Shown piece by piece: positions 26,218-38,083 of a stretch of 57,473 nucleotides of DNA. This DNA is from Octopus sinensis (lineage: Eukaryota): positions 1-57,473 of the forward strand of contig NW_021835249.1 of NCBI RefSeq assembly GCF_006345805.1, read 5' to 3'. A program made the position numbers and the translations under genes. Each line of letters opens with the position of its first letter. The stretch's first letter is position 1. Below the pieces are notes generated by a model. The model did not search any database. It had not been told where the DNA came from and saw only the letters and a list, made by a program, of their open reading frames with translations.

Positions 26218-26848
26218 AGGGGGGGATAAGAGTTTTAGGTAAATAAGGAGATTCTCACTTATACCTCTACACATACACACATATATATACAATCACACAT
26301 ACAATACATATCTACACATACACATATATATGTATACATACACACACTCACTTGCATACACGATACACACATGTATATATACACACACGACCACACATAC
26401 ATATACACAACAGAAAAATATATATACACATACACACACATCTACTCACATACACGCATACACACACAAATCCATACACACACATGCACACACAGCACAC
26501 TAGTCCCCTATATACACATATTACACATACACACATATATATATACACCCACACATACACATACATACACATATATATACATACATACACATACATATAC
26601 ACATATATATACATACACATATTTATTATCTTCGTTTTTACTTTTGTTATCTTTGGCCGCTTGGTCACAAACATCTTGGCTATGACAGCCGACCATTTAT
26701 CCGTCTACTGGAAAACAATTACTCATTCACTCACGCACACTCTTTAGCACGTACACTCACTCATTCGTACACATACGCATACACGCACGCACGCGTTATA
26801 TTCATACATACATCATCTACATACATTCACGTATATACACATACGTAC

Positions 26849-27125
26849 CGCGTACCTACAGATTCATGTCTACACTCTTAGAAGGCTAGTCATACATATA
26901 CACCAATAATATAAATACCACACACATACATGTACACCTACATACAAATACATACATGTACATATATATATATACATATATATATATTATATATATTATA
27001 TATACGCGTACCTACAGATTCATGTCTAACACTCTTCGAAGGCTAGTCTATACATATACACCCATAAGTATAAATACACACACATACATACATGTACACC
27101 TACATACAAATACATACAAGTACAT
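26849..27125. repeat. Tandem duplication with ~156-bp period
   Basis: cgcgtacctacagattcatgtcta..gaaggctagtc..catgtacacctacatacaaatacatac starts at 26849 and 27005. Confidence 0.9.
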
Positions 27126-27127
27126 AT

Positions 27128-27149
<22 letters not shown>

Positions 27150-27167
<18 letters not shown>

Positions 27168-27295
27168 ATATATATATATATAGTTTTTTTTTTTTATTTT
27201 TTTATTTTTTTTTTTTTTATTTATTTTTATTTTTTATTTTTTTCTATTTTTTTATTTTCTATTTTATTTTTTATTTTTTATTTTTATATTTTATA

Positions 27296-27327
<32 letters not shown>

Positions 27328-27587
27328 ATTTTTATTTTTATTTTTATTTTTATTTTTTATTTTTTATTTTATTTATTCTCCTATCTAATTTAACACTGAC
27401 TCCTTGACCACTCCCCCAAGTATGATTTTTTGCGCTATGCCTACCCCCAAAAAGTCCCCCACCAACACCCCTTTAAACCTGCCTAAATGTATAAATGCCA
27501 ATACAATTCTTGTTAACTAGCTTCCTGAGAGATTTCTCTTGAATGAAACAGTTCTAGTCCTGTAGAAGCTCCTTCTATATAATAAAT
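27150..27587 (+). repeat. Right arm of the ~400-bp inverted repeat
   Basis: Reverse complement of 25802-26217 with scattered indels. Confidence 0.93.
27519..27570 (+). ncRNA. Type I hammerhead ribozyme-like motif (copy 2)
   Basis: agcttc-CUGAGAGA-tttctcttgaat-GAAA-CAG ttctagtc CUG-UA-gaagct. Perfect stem I, stem III plus the A15.1-U16.1 pair, and a GUA cleavage triplet; the core has a 1-nt insertion relative to CUGANGA. Confidence 0.65.
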
Positions 27588-27679
27588 TAATTTTACTCTG
27601 CTATGTATTGAGTACCTTATTTACTGTGGTTAACCCGAATCAACCCGGGACCTACATATACCTATATATGTATATATGT

Positions 27680-27710
<31 letters not shown>

Positions 27711-27718
27711 GTTAATCC

Positions 27719-28702
27719 GGATCTTTTCATTTGTGAAGCCAGTTTTTTCAAATGTTTCCTACTGAACCAAACAATTTGAAACTTCGTATACTGGTAGAAT
27801 GTGTCAAAGTAAACTTAATTGTAAACCAGAATGAAAACGGAATTGTAACTTCTAAGTTTAACATTGTTTAATAATTAGAATTTTAACCAATGGTATTCCG
27901 TCTTTCGGCTTCATATTATTTACTCCGTCTCGACCACCAATTTGTGACGTAGTAAACATATGGTATGTACACAAATGTAAACAAAACAATAACGATGAAT
28001 TTTTTACTCGGTGTATGTATATGTATGAATGTATGTATGTATGAATGTATTATGTATGTGTGTATGTATCTATGTATGTATGTGTGTGTGTGTGTGTGTG
28101 TGTATGTGTGTGTATGTATGTGTGTGTATGTATGTATGTATGTATGGCCGATTCGGTGTTTAGTTTTTTCGAGTGAATACTCGGTGTATGTGTATTTGTA
28201 TGTATGTGTGTGTATGTATCTATGTATGTATGTGTGTGTATGTATGTGTGTGTGTGTATGTATCTATGTATGTATGTGTGTGTATGTATGTGTGTGTGTG
28301 TGTATCTATGTGTGTGTGTGTGTGTGTGTCACACATGTATGTATGGCCGATTCAGTGTTTAGTTTTTTCGAGTGAATACTCGGTGTATGTGTATCTGTAT
28401 GTATGTGTGTGTGTATGTATCTATGTATGTTAGCCTCAAATGTGCACAGTTGCCTACGTCACAAAACTGCTTTCTACGTCACACTAACAGAATGCAGTAA
28501 CGTATTAAATATGAAAACAAGCAATCTCATTGGTTAAAATTCGCAGTTTTAATCTACGATTAAAGTCATAAAATAGATTTTTCTCAAATAAACTAGTTCC
28601 AACCTGTGTCTTGTTTTGAAACACTGTACTAGCATACGAAGTTTCAAATTATTTAGTTAAGTAGAAAGATCTGGGCTCCTGGCCACACAATTGAAAAGAT
28701 CC
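27719..28702. mobile_element. Merlin-like MITE (family 2) with exact 8-bp TSD and internal minisatellite
   Basis: TIR ggatcttttcatttgtgaagccag / ctggccacacaattgaaaagatcc; TSD gttaatcc at 27711-18 and 28703-10. Shares the subterminal aaacttcgtatactggta with family 1. Confidence 0.9.
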
Positions 28703-28724
28703 GTTAATCCAAACAAGAAAGCAC

Positions 28725-28900
28725 AAAAAGACACAAGAACGTGAGGACGTGGAACAAATAAAGTATTATTGGATGCTCAGGAAAGAAGGAAAGAAGGAGG
28801 GTTTAACGTTTCGAGCGGAGCTCTTCGTCGGAAACATAGGAGAAGGAAAGATCCAGAGAAGGGAAGACAGAGGAAAAAATCGCCAACGGTACACACGAGG
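28725..28900 (-). repeat. Short interspersed repeat with a degenerate hammerhead-core-like motif (Penelope-terminus like)
   Basis: Minus strand ttccgacga-agagc-tcc-gctc-gaaacgtt (stem II intact, core CCGACGA); inserted next to (TA)n. Confidence 0.45.
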
Positions 28901-28964
28901 TCGCACATATATATATATAGATATATATAGATCGATCATACATACATACACGCATACGCATACA

Positions 28965-29007
<43 letters not shown>

Positions 29008-29046
29008 TTGTAGATACTACATACATACATGCACACGCATATACTT

Positions 29047-29087
<41 letters not shown>

Positions 29088-29864
29088 GAATAACCTTAGC
29101 ATTTGATTTTTCGATGTCATTACCCCCAAACTTTTTGTGAGTTTAAATTATGCAAACACTATATATGAGAGAGATTTTCTTTAAGTATTAGAAATAGCCT
29201 TAAAAAAGTTTTTTAGCTGCTATTTCTAATGAGTTCAGTATGCGGCAAAGTATTTATTTTACTAAGCCCTTTTATATAATGTAATAATTTGAATTCGCCT
29301 TGAATGGTCCCTTTGCATACTGAACACTTGGTGAAATTGATTAATAATTAATTAATTTTGCCCTCAATTGTTGAAATTATATATATATATATATATATAC
29401 AGGTATAAGTGTGTGTGTGTATGTATGTATATATATATATATATGAAGAAGAGCGAGGAAGAGAGAAGTAGTGAAAGAAAGAAAGAAAGAAAGAAAGAAA
29501 AGCAGATAGATAGAGATTTGTTGCTTCGTGTTAAAAACTGTCGCCAGTTCCTCGGTGAATCTCTCTTAAGATATTCCATAATTGAATTTGACTGAAGGTC
29601 CCCGACTCCCTTCCGGAGATGGATGATAAAGGGTGAGATGGAGAGAGGAATAGGGGTAAAGGTACTTGGAGATGCTGAGGGTCATCAAGTATAGGTGGGG
29701 GATGGGGGTTTGAGATTTTCTTTTAGTGTATGATTGGTTATATCTGGTTAAGTTTCGCGACACTCGACCTCAACGACACAGAACAGTCAACACCAGAGCC
29801 AAAAGAAGCCATCCAGTCCTCTTCCTCCCACCCTCCTCCTCCACTCGCCGGCATCAACCGCACT

Positions 29865-29954
29865 CTTTTATCGTTATCATCATCACCACTGCCGTCATCA
29901 TAATCGTCATCACCAGCACCACCAGCACCACCACGACCGTCATCACCACGATCG

Positions 29955-30034
<80 letters not shown>

Positions 30035-30345
30035 ACGTCACGATCATGATTATAATCGTCACCACCACCACCACCGCCACCATCACCACCTCACCAACAC
30101 TAGCGTCTCTAATACCACCTCCGCTGCTGCCGCCACCATCACTACCACCATAAAACCATCACCATCAACTCTGTCATCACCATCGTCACTACCAACAACC
30201 CACACTGCATGACCACCATCACCACCACCACCCTCGCCACCACCGCCACCACCGCCACTACCACCACCATCACCACTACCACCACAGCCGCCGCCGCCGC
30301 CGCTGCTGCTGCTGCTACTACTACTACTACTACTACTACTACTGC
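29865..30345. repeat. (CAT)n/(CAC)n/(GCC)n/(GCT)n/(ACT)n trinucleotide run
   Basis: Directly visible. Confidence 0.95.
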
Positions 30346-30604
30346 GCGACATTGTTAACGCTGCTGTGGAACCCTTACAATAATCGCGTCGCCCGCGTAC
30401 CGTGAACTTTATAGAGAGGTCAACGAATGATGAAATCTGAGGTTGTCTGATCTTTCTTTGAGGGTCCAGACAGTTGAGGAGGAGGCGGAGGACCGGTGAG
30501 GGACCACTTCTTTTTGTGACCCTATTCACGTAGACGACTCCGAGAGAGATTACGAAAAAGATAGGGACAGAGAGAGGAGGGAAGAAAACGGCCCCTGTGC
30601 TTAA

Positions 30605-31130
30605 GTGAGTATTTCATTTATCGGCCAAAAGGAGACAGAAGACAACAGTTGACCTCGGCGTGATTTGAACCTGGAACATAAAAAATTCCAAGAGTCGCAA
30701 CAAATACCTATTTCTTTATTACCCACCGGGGGTTAAGCACAGAGGGGACGAATAAAGACAGACAAACGGATTAAGTCGATTATATCGACCCCACTGCGTA
30801 ACTGGTACTTAATTTATCGACCCCGTAAGGATGAAAGGCAAAGTCGACCTCGGCGGAATTTGAACCCAGAACGTAACGGCAGATGAAATACCTATTTCTA
30901 TTTCTTTACTATCCACCAGGGGCTAAACACAGAGGGGACGAATAAAGACAGACAAACGGATTAAGTCGATTATATCGATCCTAGTGCGTAACTGGTACTT
31001 ATTTAATCGACCCCGAAAGGATGAAAGGCAAAGTCGACCTCGGCGGAATTTGAACTCAAAACGTAGTGACAGACGAAATACTGCTAAGCATTTCGCCCGG
31101 CGTGCTAACGACTCTGCCAACTCGACCGTA
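30605..31130 (-). mobile_element. Tandem/nested SINE-B array (two B1 units joined to a degenerate B host)
   Basis: Junctions aaatac|ctatttctt at ~30705-30715 and ~30887-30897; the head is present only once (31080-31127). Confidence 0.9.
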
Positions 31131-31149
31131 AAATAATTCTGTTCGACGA

Positions 31150-31875
31150 AGGCAGCGAACCGAGAGATTTTACCTTTCATCCTTTTGTGGACGATAAATT
31201 AAGTACCAGTTGAGTACTGGGGTCGATGTTATTGACTAGCCCACTCTCCTGAACTTGCTAGCCTCGTGCCAAAATGCCAGACCTATATTGCAAAAAATTG
31301 AAGGAAAGTGGCGGGAGAAAACAGATCCAATACTTAAGTGAGAATTTGCGTACGGAGTTCTAATTCCTCCGAGGTCGACTTTGCATTTTATTGTTTCGGG
31401 GTCGATAAAGTAAGTACCAGCTGTGCACTGGGGTCGATGTAATCGACTTACCCCCTCACCCTAAATTGCTTGACTTGTGCCAAAATTTAAAATCGAAATT
31501 TGGAATTCGTCTAATTTTTCAGCCGACCGTAAAAAGCATCGACTGAGCGCTTCGGCAAATGGCTGAATGACTACGAAACTCCGAGTAATGACCGTAGGAG
31601 TCATTACTTACTTGAAAATATATTCATACTTATACGTGTGTCTGTTATTACTATATAAGATGACGAGCTGACAGAGTCATTAGTTCGCCGGACAAAATGT
31701 TTAGCGGCATTTCGTCCGTCTTTGAGTTCTAAATTCAAAATCCGCCGAGGTCGACCTTACCTTTCATCCTATCAGTGTCGATAAAATAAGAACCAGTCGA
31801 GTACTCGTGTCGATGTAATTGACTACTCCTCCCCCGAAATTGCTGGCCTTGTGCCAAAACTGGAAACCAATACTT
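31150..31875 (+). mobile_element. Three degenerate SINE family B2 copies
   Basis: ccttt(t)catcc..gataaa..agtaccag..tggggtcgatg..ggccttgtgccaaaa at ~31165-31285, ~31360-31500 and ~31660-31875. Confidence 0.82.
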
Positions 31876-31961
31876 GTTAACATTATTATCGTCTTAGTCT
31901 TGTCCGTTACTTCATTTTGAATCGCATTTTATACATGTTTCATCCCGCTATAAACAAACAA

Positions 31962-32437
31962 CTCTTTTACTCTTTTACTTGTTCCAGTTATTTTGACTGT
32001 GGCCATGCTGGAGCACCACCTTTAATCGAGCAAATCGCCCCCCCAGGACTTATTCTTTGTAAGCCTAGTACTTATTCTGTCGGTATCTTTTGCCAAACAA
32101 CTAAGTTGCGGGGACGTAAACACACCAGCATCGGTTGTCAAGCGATGTTGGGTGGACAAACACAGATACACACAAACATATACACAGACATACACACACA
32201 CAAATATATATATATACACTCTTTTACTTGTTTCAGTCATTTGACTGCGGCCATGCTGGAGCACCGCCTTTAATATATACGACGGGCTTCTTTCAGTTTC
32301 CGTCTACCAAATCCACTCACAAGGCTTTGGTCGGCCCGAGGCTATAGTAGGAGACACTTGCCCAAGGTGCCTTGCAGTGGGAGTGAACCCGGAACCATGT
32401 GGCTGGTAAGCAAGCTACTTACCACACAGCCACTCGT
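31962..32437 (-). mobile_element. SINE family A, full length, with a 55-bp family A 3' tip nested in its internal (TA)n (32218-32272)
   Basis: A second actcttttacttgtttcagtcatttgactgcggccatgctggagcaccgccttta lies between the tata flanks. Confidence 0.93.
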
Positions 32438-32584
32438 GCAATGCTTGACCTTAGAACAACGTAAAAGTGAACTTTTTGATGCAAGCCTGATGAAGTGTCA
32501 CTCGAATTTTCAAGACCACAGACATTACGTAACTGTTTACATGAAATCATACAATGAGGTAGAAAACGGAATTTTAACGAAACA

Positions 32585-32820
32585 CACTTGGCTTAGTGGT
32601 CAGAGTGACGAACTTATGGGCGTAAGACTGTGGTTTCGATTCCTGGACCGGGGGACGTGTTGTGTTCTTGAGCAAAACACTTTATTACATGTTCCTTTTG
32701 TCCACTCAGCAGGCAAAAATGTGTAGTCCTGCGTGGACCAGCGTCCCGTCCCGTCTCGTCCCGGCGGGCAATGGAAACCGGGAAACTGCCCCTTATGAGT
32801 CAGTATGACTCAAAAAGGTT
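32585..32820 (+). mobile_element. tRNA-derived SINE, C-type core with D'-type tail
   Basis: A box tggcttagtgg, B box ggtttcgattcc, ttcttgagcaaaacacttta core, aaaccgggaaac tail. Confidence 0.75.
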
Positions 32821-32904
32821 AATTTTTTAAAACTGTAACTAGTAATTGAGATATGCTGAGTTCCATCTTCGTTTACTTATTTCCGTTATACATATATGCA
32901 CCTC

Positions 32905-32918
32905 TCTCTCTACTTTCA

Positions 32919-32994
<76 letters not shown>

Positions 32995-33008
32995 CATCCG
33001 TCCGTCTG

Positions 33009-33066
<58 letters not shown>

Positions 33067-33179
33067 CATCTATGTCTGTCTATCTATCTATCTATCTATC
33101 TACTATCTATCTATCTATCTATCTCCGTCGTCTGTCTATCTATCTATCTATCTATCTATTCGATCTATCTATCTATCTA

Positions 33180-33215
<36 letters not shown>

Positions 33216-33229
33216 CATCCGTCTGTCTG

Positions 33230-33295
<66 letters not shown>

Positions 33296-33300
33296 CATCC

Positions 33301-33333
<33 letters not shown>

Positions 33334-33380
33334 TCCATCCGTCTGTCTGTCTATCTATCCATCCGTCTGTCTGTCTATCT
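32905..33380. repeat. (TCTA)n with TCCA/TCTG variants
   Basis: Directly visible. Confidence 0.97.
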
Positions 33381-33592
33381 ACATACACTTAAATATATAC
33401 ACTCATACATGCATGTATAGAAACAGAAATTCAAAACAATGGTTTTAAACTAAAAAAACCCTTCATTTCATGTTTAGTGACAGTGCCAATTAACTTATAT
33501 ATATATATATATATATATATATCTATATATTATATATATAATATATAAGAATATATGTATGTATATATAATATTTTTGTATGTGTATATCTC

Positions 33593-34010
33593 TTTTCTCT
33601 TTTTCTCTTTTTACTTGTTTCAGACATTTGACTGCGGCCAGCTGGAGCACCGCCTTTAGTCGAGCAAATCGACCCGGGACTTATTCTTTGTAAGCCCAGT
33701 ACTTATTCTATCGTTCTCTTTTGCCGAACCGCTAAGTGACGGGGACGTAACACACCAGCTTCGGTTGTCAAGCAATGCTAGGGGACAACACAGACACACA
33801 CATATTCACAACTTATATATAATACATATATACGACAAGGCTTCTTTCAGTTTCCGTCTACCAAATCCACTCACAAGGCATTGGTCGGCCGGGCTATAGC
33901 AGAAGACACGTGTCCAAGAATGCCGAGCAGTGGGACTGAACCCGGAACCATGTGGTTGGTTAGCAAGCTACTTACCAACAGCACTCCACTCCTGCGCCTA
34001 TAGCCACTCT
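33593..34010 (-). mobile_element. SINE family A, full length, with many single-base deletions
   Basis: Consensus-like but with scattered 1-bp indels, possibly sequencing error. Confidence 0.92.
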
Positions 34011-34665
34011 CCTGCGACTAAATATTATGTATGTATCTAACTATCTATCTATAGAGATAAAGAGGGGAAAGAAATATAGATAGATAGATATACACATATA
34101 CACACACATATATATAATATGTATATATGCATTACATATGTGTGTGTATGTGTCTATATATACATATATATATGTATATATATACAAACACACACACATA
34201 CACACATACATACATACATACATACATACATACATACATACATACGTACATTCATACATTCATACATACATACACATACGTATTCATATATACAACAGCA
34301 CGGGCGTCTATAATATATAGAGACATTATGCCTTGCATAAAAGTATGAGTATTAAAACTTCCACTGCAGCGTTTATACAAAGCAGCTGTCGGGATGAAGA
34401 TCTTAACATTTACTGATAATTACTCGGTTACCTTTGATGTACTCGTGTACTCAAGTACCAGGTTATGTATGTATGCATGTATGTACGGATGGGAAGATAC
34501 CGATGTGTAAACTGTGTGATATGTTGTTCACCCTGAATATGTATTATATATATATATAACATATATATACACATATATTATACATGATATATATATATAC
34601 GTATATATATATATATATATACACACATATATATACATATATATATATGCATGTATATTATATAC

Positions 34666-34719
<54 letters not shown>

Positions 34720-35140
34720 TTGTGTGTATGTGTATTTATATGTAGTTCTTTATTAATGACTAACATCTATTTTAAGCACACATACCCACCTGGCCTCTCA
34801 CACATGTGTGTGTGTGTGTGTGTATGTGTGTGTGGTGTGTGCGTGTGTGTGCGTGCGTGTGTGTGTGAACCCGTGATAGACAGTTTGAGCCTAAAATCCC
34901 AAACTATAAATGGGCGTAACCGAAATTACAGAAAGTTATACCGTATTATGTATGTGTTTCTACACACACACACATACACACAGGCACGCATACGCACACA
35001 CACATACATACATACATACATACATGCATGCATGCAAAGATGCCCTATTGATGTTGTTGGAATTCCAATGAAGGAACCATGGTTCTAGGTTAGAAATCGG
35101 CTCTTTCTCTCTTGGCAAGAAATCTTGAAATAGAACTAGG

Positions 35141-35308
35141 CACATGAGTGGTTGTGTGGTAAGTAGCTTGCTTACCAACCACATGGTTCTGGGTTCAGTC
35201 CCACTGCGTGGCACCTTGGGTAAGTGTCTTCTACTATAGCTTCGGGTCAACCGAAACCTTGTGAGTGATTTGGTAGACGGAAACTGAAAGAAGCCCATCA
35301 TATATATG

Positions 35309-35352
<44 letters not shown>

Positions 35353-35632
35353 ATATACATGTATGATGTATGTATGTATGTATGTATGTATGTATGTGTG
35401 TGTATATGATTGTGTGTTTGTGTTTGTCACCACCCCTACACCATCGCTTGACAACCGATGCTGGTGTGCTTACGTCCACGTAACTTAGCGGTCTGGCAAA
35501 AAGAGACCGATGGAATAAGTACAAGGCTTACAAAGAATAAGTCCTGGGGTCGATTTGCTCGACTAAAGATTGTGCTGCAGCATGGCCGCAGTCAAATGAC
35601 TGAAACAAGTAAAAGAGTAAAGAGTAAAGAGA
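35141..35632 (+). mobile_element. SINE family A, full length
   Basis: Head, core and tail all present; internal (TA)(TATG) expansion. Confidence 0.93.
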
Positions 35633-35809
35633 GAGGAACGCTTAGAAAAGTGGAGGGAACATTTTCAGAATTTGTTTGGGAATATATCTTCAGTTTCTGA
35701 TATAGATGTAACGTCAATCATTTAGCGTATTCTTCGTATTATAACTGACAAATAGAAAAACATTCCTTAAAGACAACAAAAACCGAAAGGTTACTGGACT
35801 GGATAATCT

Positions 35810-36355
35810 TTTCTACTCTAGGCACAAGGCGTGAAATTTTGGGGAGGGGGATGGTTGATTACATCGACCCAGTACTCAACTGGTCCTTGATTTATCGATC
35901 CCGAAAGGACGAAAGGTAAAATCGACCTCGGCGCAATTTGAACTCAGAACGTAGCGGCAGACGAAATATCTATTTCTTTACTACCCACAAGGGGCTAAAC
36001 ACAGAGAGGACAAACAAGGACAGATAAACGGATTAAGTCGATTATATCGACCCCACTGCGTAACTGGTACTTATTTAATCGACCCCGAAAGGATGAAAGG
36101 CAAAGTTAACCTCGGCGGAATTTGAACTCAGAAGACGAAATACCTATTTCTTTACTACCCACAAGGGGCTAAACACAAAGAGGACAAACAAGGACAGACA
36201 AACGGATTAAGTCGATTATATCGACCCCAGTGCGTAACTGGTACTTATTTAATTGATCCCGAAAGGATGAACGGCAAAGTCGACCTCGGCGGAATTTGAA
36301 CTTAGAACGTAACGGCAGACGAAATACCGCCAAGCATTTCGTCCAGTTGATAACA
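35810..36355 (-). mobile_element. Nested SINE-B array: a B2 host with two B1 units at the same internal site
   Basis: B2 tail (ctaggcacaaggc..) at 35817-35968, junctions gaaatatctatttctttactacc (~35963) and gaaatacctatttctttactacc (~36137), single head at 36325-36355. Confidence 0.92.
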
Positions 36356-36566
36356 GTTTGCTGGTCTGGATTTTTACTTCATCTGAAGTCTCGAAGATCG
36401 GAGAATTTAATGATATTCTGTTCGACTTCTGTAATACTGTCTGCAATGGAAGTAATATTGACAAAATGGACAGAAGGCTGCATACTCTCATTTCCAGAGA
36501 ATTACAGAAGCATCACACTTACAGCCGTCGTTGCAAAAATTTAGAATTTACACCTCCTACTCAACA

Positions 36567-36567
<1 letters not shown>

Positions 36568-36597
<30 letters not shown>

Positions 36598-36655
36598 TGT
36601 ATGTATGTATGTATGTATGTATGTATGTATGTATGCATGCATGTATGTATGTATG

Positions 36656-36689
<34 letters not shown>

Positions 36690-36925
36690 TGTATAAGTAT
36701 GCATGTATGTATGTATGTATGTATGTATGTATGTATGTATGTATGTGTACGTATGTATGTAATGTATGTATTTACATGCATGCATGTATGTATGTATGTA
36801 TGTATGTATGTATGTATGTATGTATGTATGTATGTATGCATGCATGCATGCATGTATGTATGTATGTATGTATGTATGTATGTATGTATGTATGTATGCA
36901 TGTATGCATGTGTGTGTGTGTTGTG
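36568..36925. repeat. (TATG)n microsatellite
   Basis: Directly visible. Confidence 0.97.
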
Positions 36926-37068
36926 TGTTTGAAGGTGTGTGTATACATAATAGAAAGTACGTGAAATCAATCAGAAATTGAGAAATTTTTGAGGAGGAAT
37001 CTGACACGATTGATGTCCGGACTGCGAATTTTTTTTCCCACGAGAGTTCCGACTCCAGTTATGAACTC

Positions 37069-37088
37069 ATTTGCATACAGCCAATCAG
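37069..37088 (+). promoter_or_regulatory. Adjacent octamer (ATTTGCAT) and CCAAT box (AGCCAATCAG)
   Basis: Exact motifs at 37069-76 and 37079-88 in a unique island; function not shown. Confidence 0.3.
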
Positions 37089-37444
37089 AGCCCATCTATC
37101 AAACTAATTTATGCGCGCACAAAACAAGTGATGGGCGATAGGATAAGGTCATCTGGGTAAGAACTGCCATCAAATGTGATTATTTTGGATTATGTCCACA
37201 AAAACATCACGTGACAATCGATAAACAGCCTCGGATTCAAACATGGGGAAAGAAGTTCGATCGGACTTCCAGCTCAAATTAACAACCGATGTGAAACAGA
37301 GCGATGATTTATTTAGCGTTGTTCTATGAAACACTCTCAGACTCCACCCATTTATTCCTCCATAGTCTGGGGATTAGCTGCACTTGATGTTGGAGAACTT
37401 GTTAATCCTACTAAAACCAAATTCATTGCTCACAATTACAAGGA

Positions 37445-37497
<53 letters not shown>

Positions 37498-37765
37498 TAT
37501 ATATATAATGTATATATATATATATTTATATAGATAAATATATATATATATGTATGTATATATGTATATATATTATATATGCATGTATATATATGTATTA
37601 CGGATATATGTATATGTATAGATAGATATATATATACATATACATACATACAGACGTACATACATACATACATACACACATGCATATGTATATATATAGA
37701 TATATATATAAATATATGTATACACACACACACACACACATATATATATATGTATATATATAAAG

Positions 37766-37796
<31 letters not shown>

Positions 37797-38017
37797 TACA
37801 AACATATGCACACACACTCACACACACCACGCATATAGATAGATAGGTATATCTATAGACAGATAGATAAATTAACCCAAATAAGGATTTAGGTCAATTT
37901 ATTCCATAAAACCACTCAATTCTGTGCTACAGCGCGGCCGCATATATTATATATGAGTATAAATATATACATACACATATATATATATATAAATGTATGT
38001 ATATATTTATGTATGTA

Positions 38018-38083
<66 letters not shown>

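Noticed and set aside
32487-32515. CTGATGAAGTGTCACTCGAAT motif
   Set aside because: GAAT instead of GAAA, and no stems I or III.
30700-36355. Regularly spaced ~185-bp repeats as a CRISPR-like array
   Set aside because: Eukaryotic context; the units are whole SINE bodies with no unique spacers.
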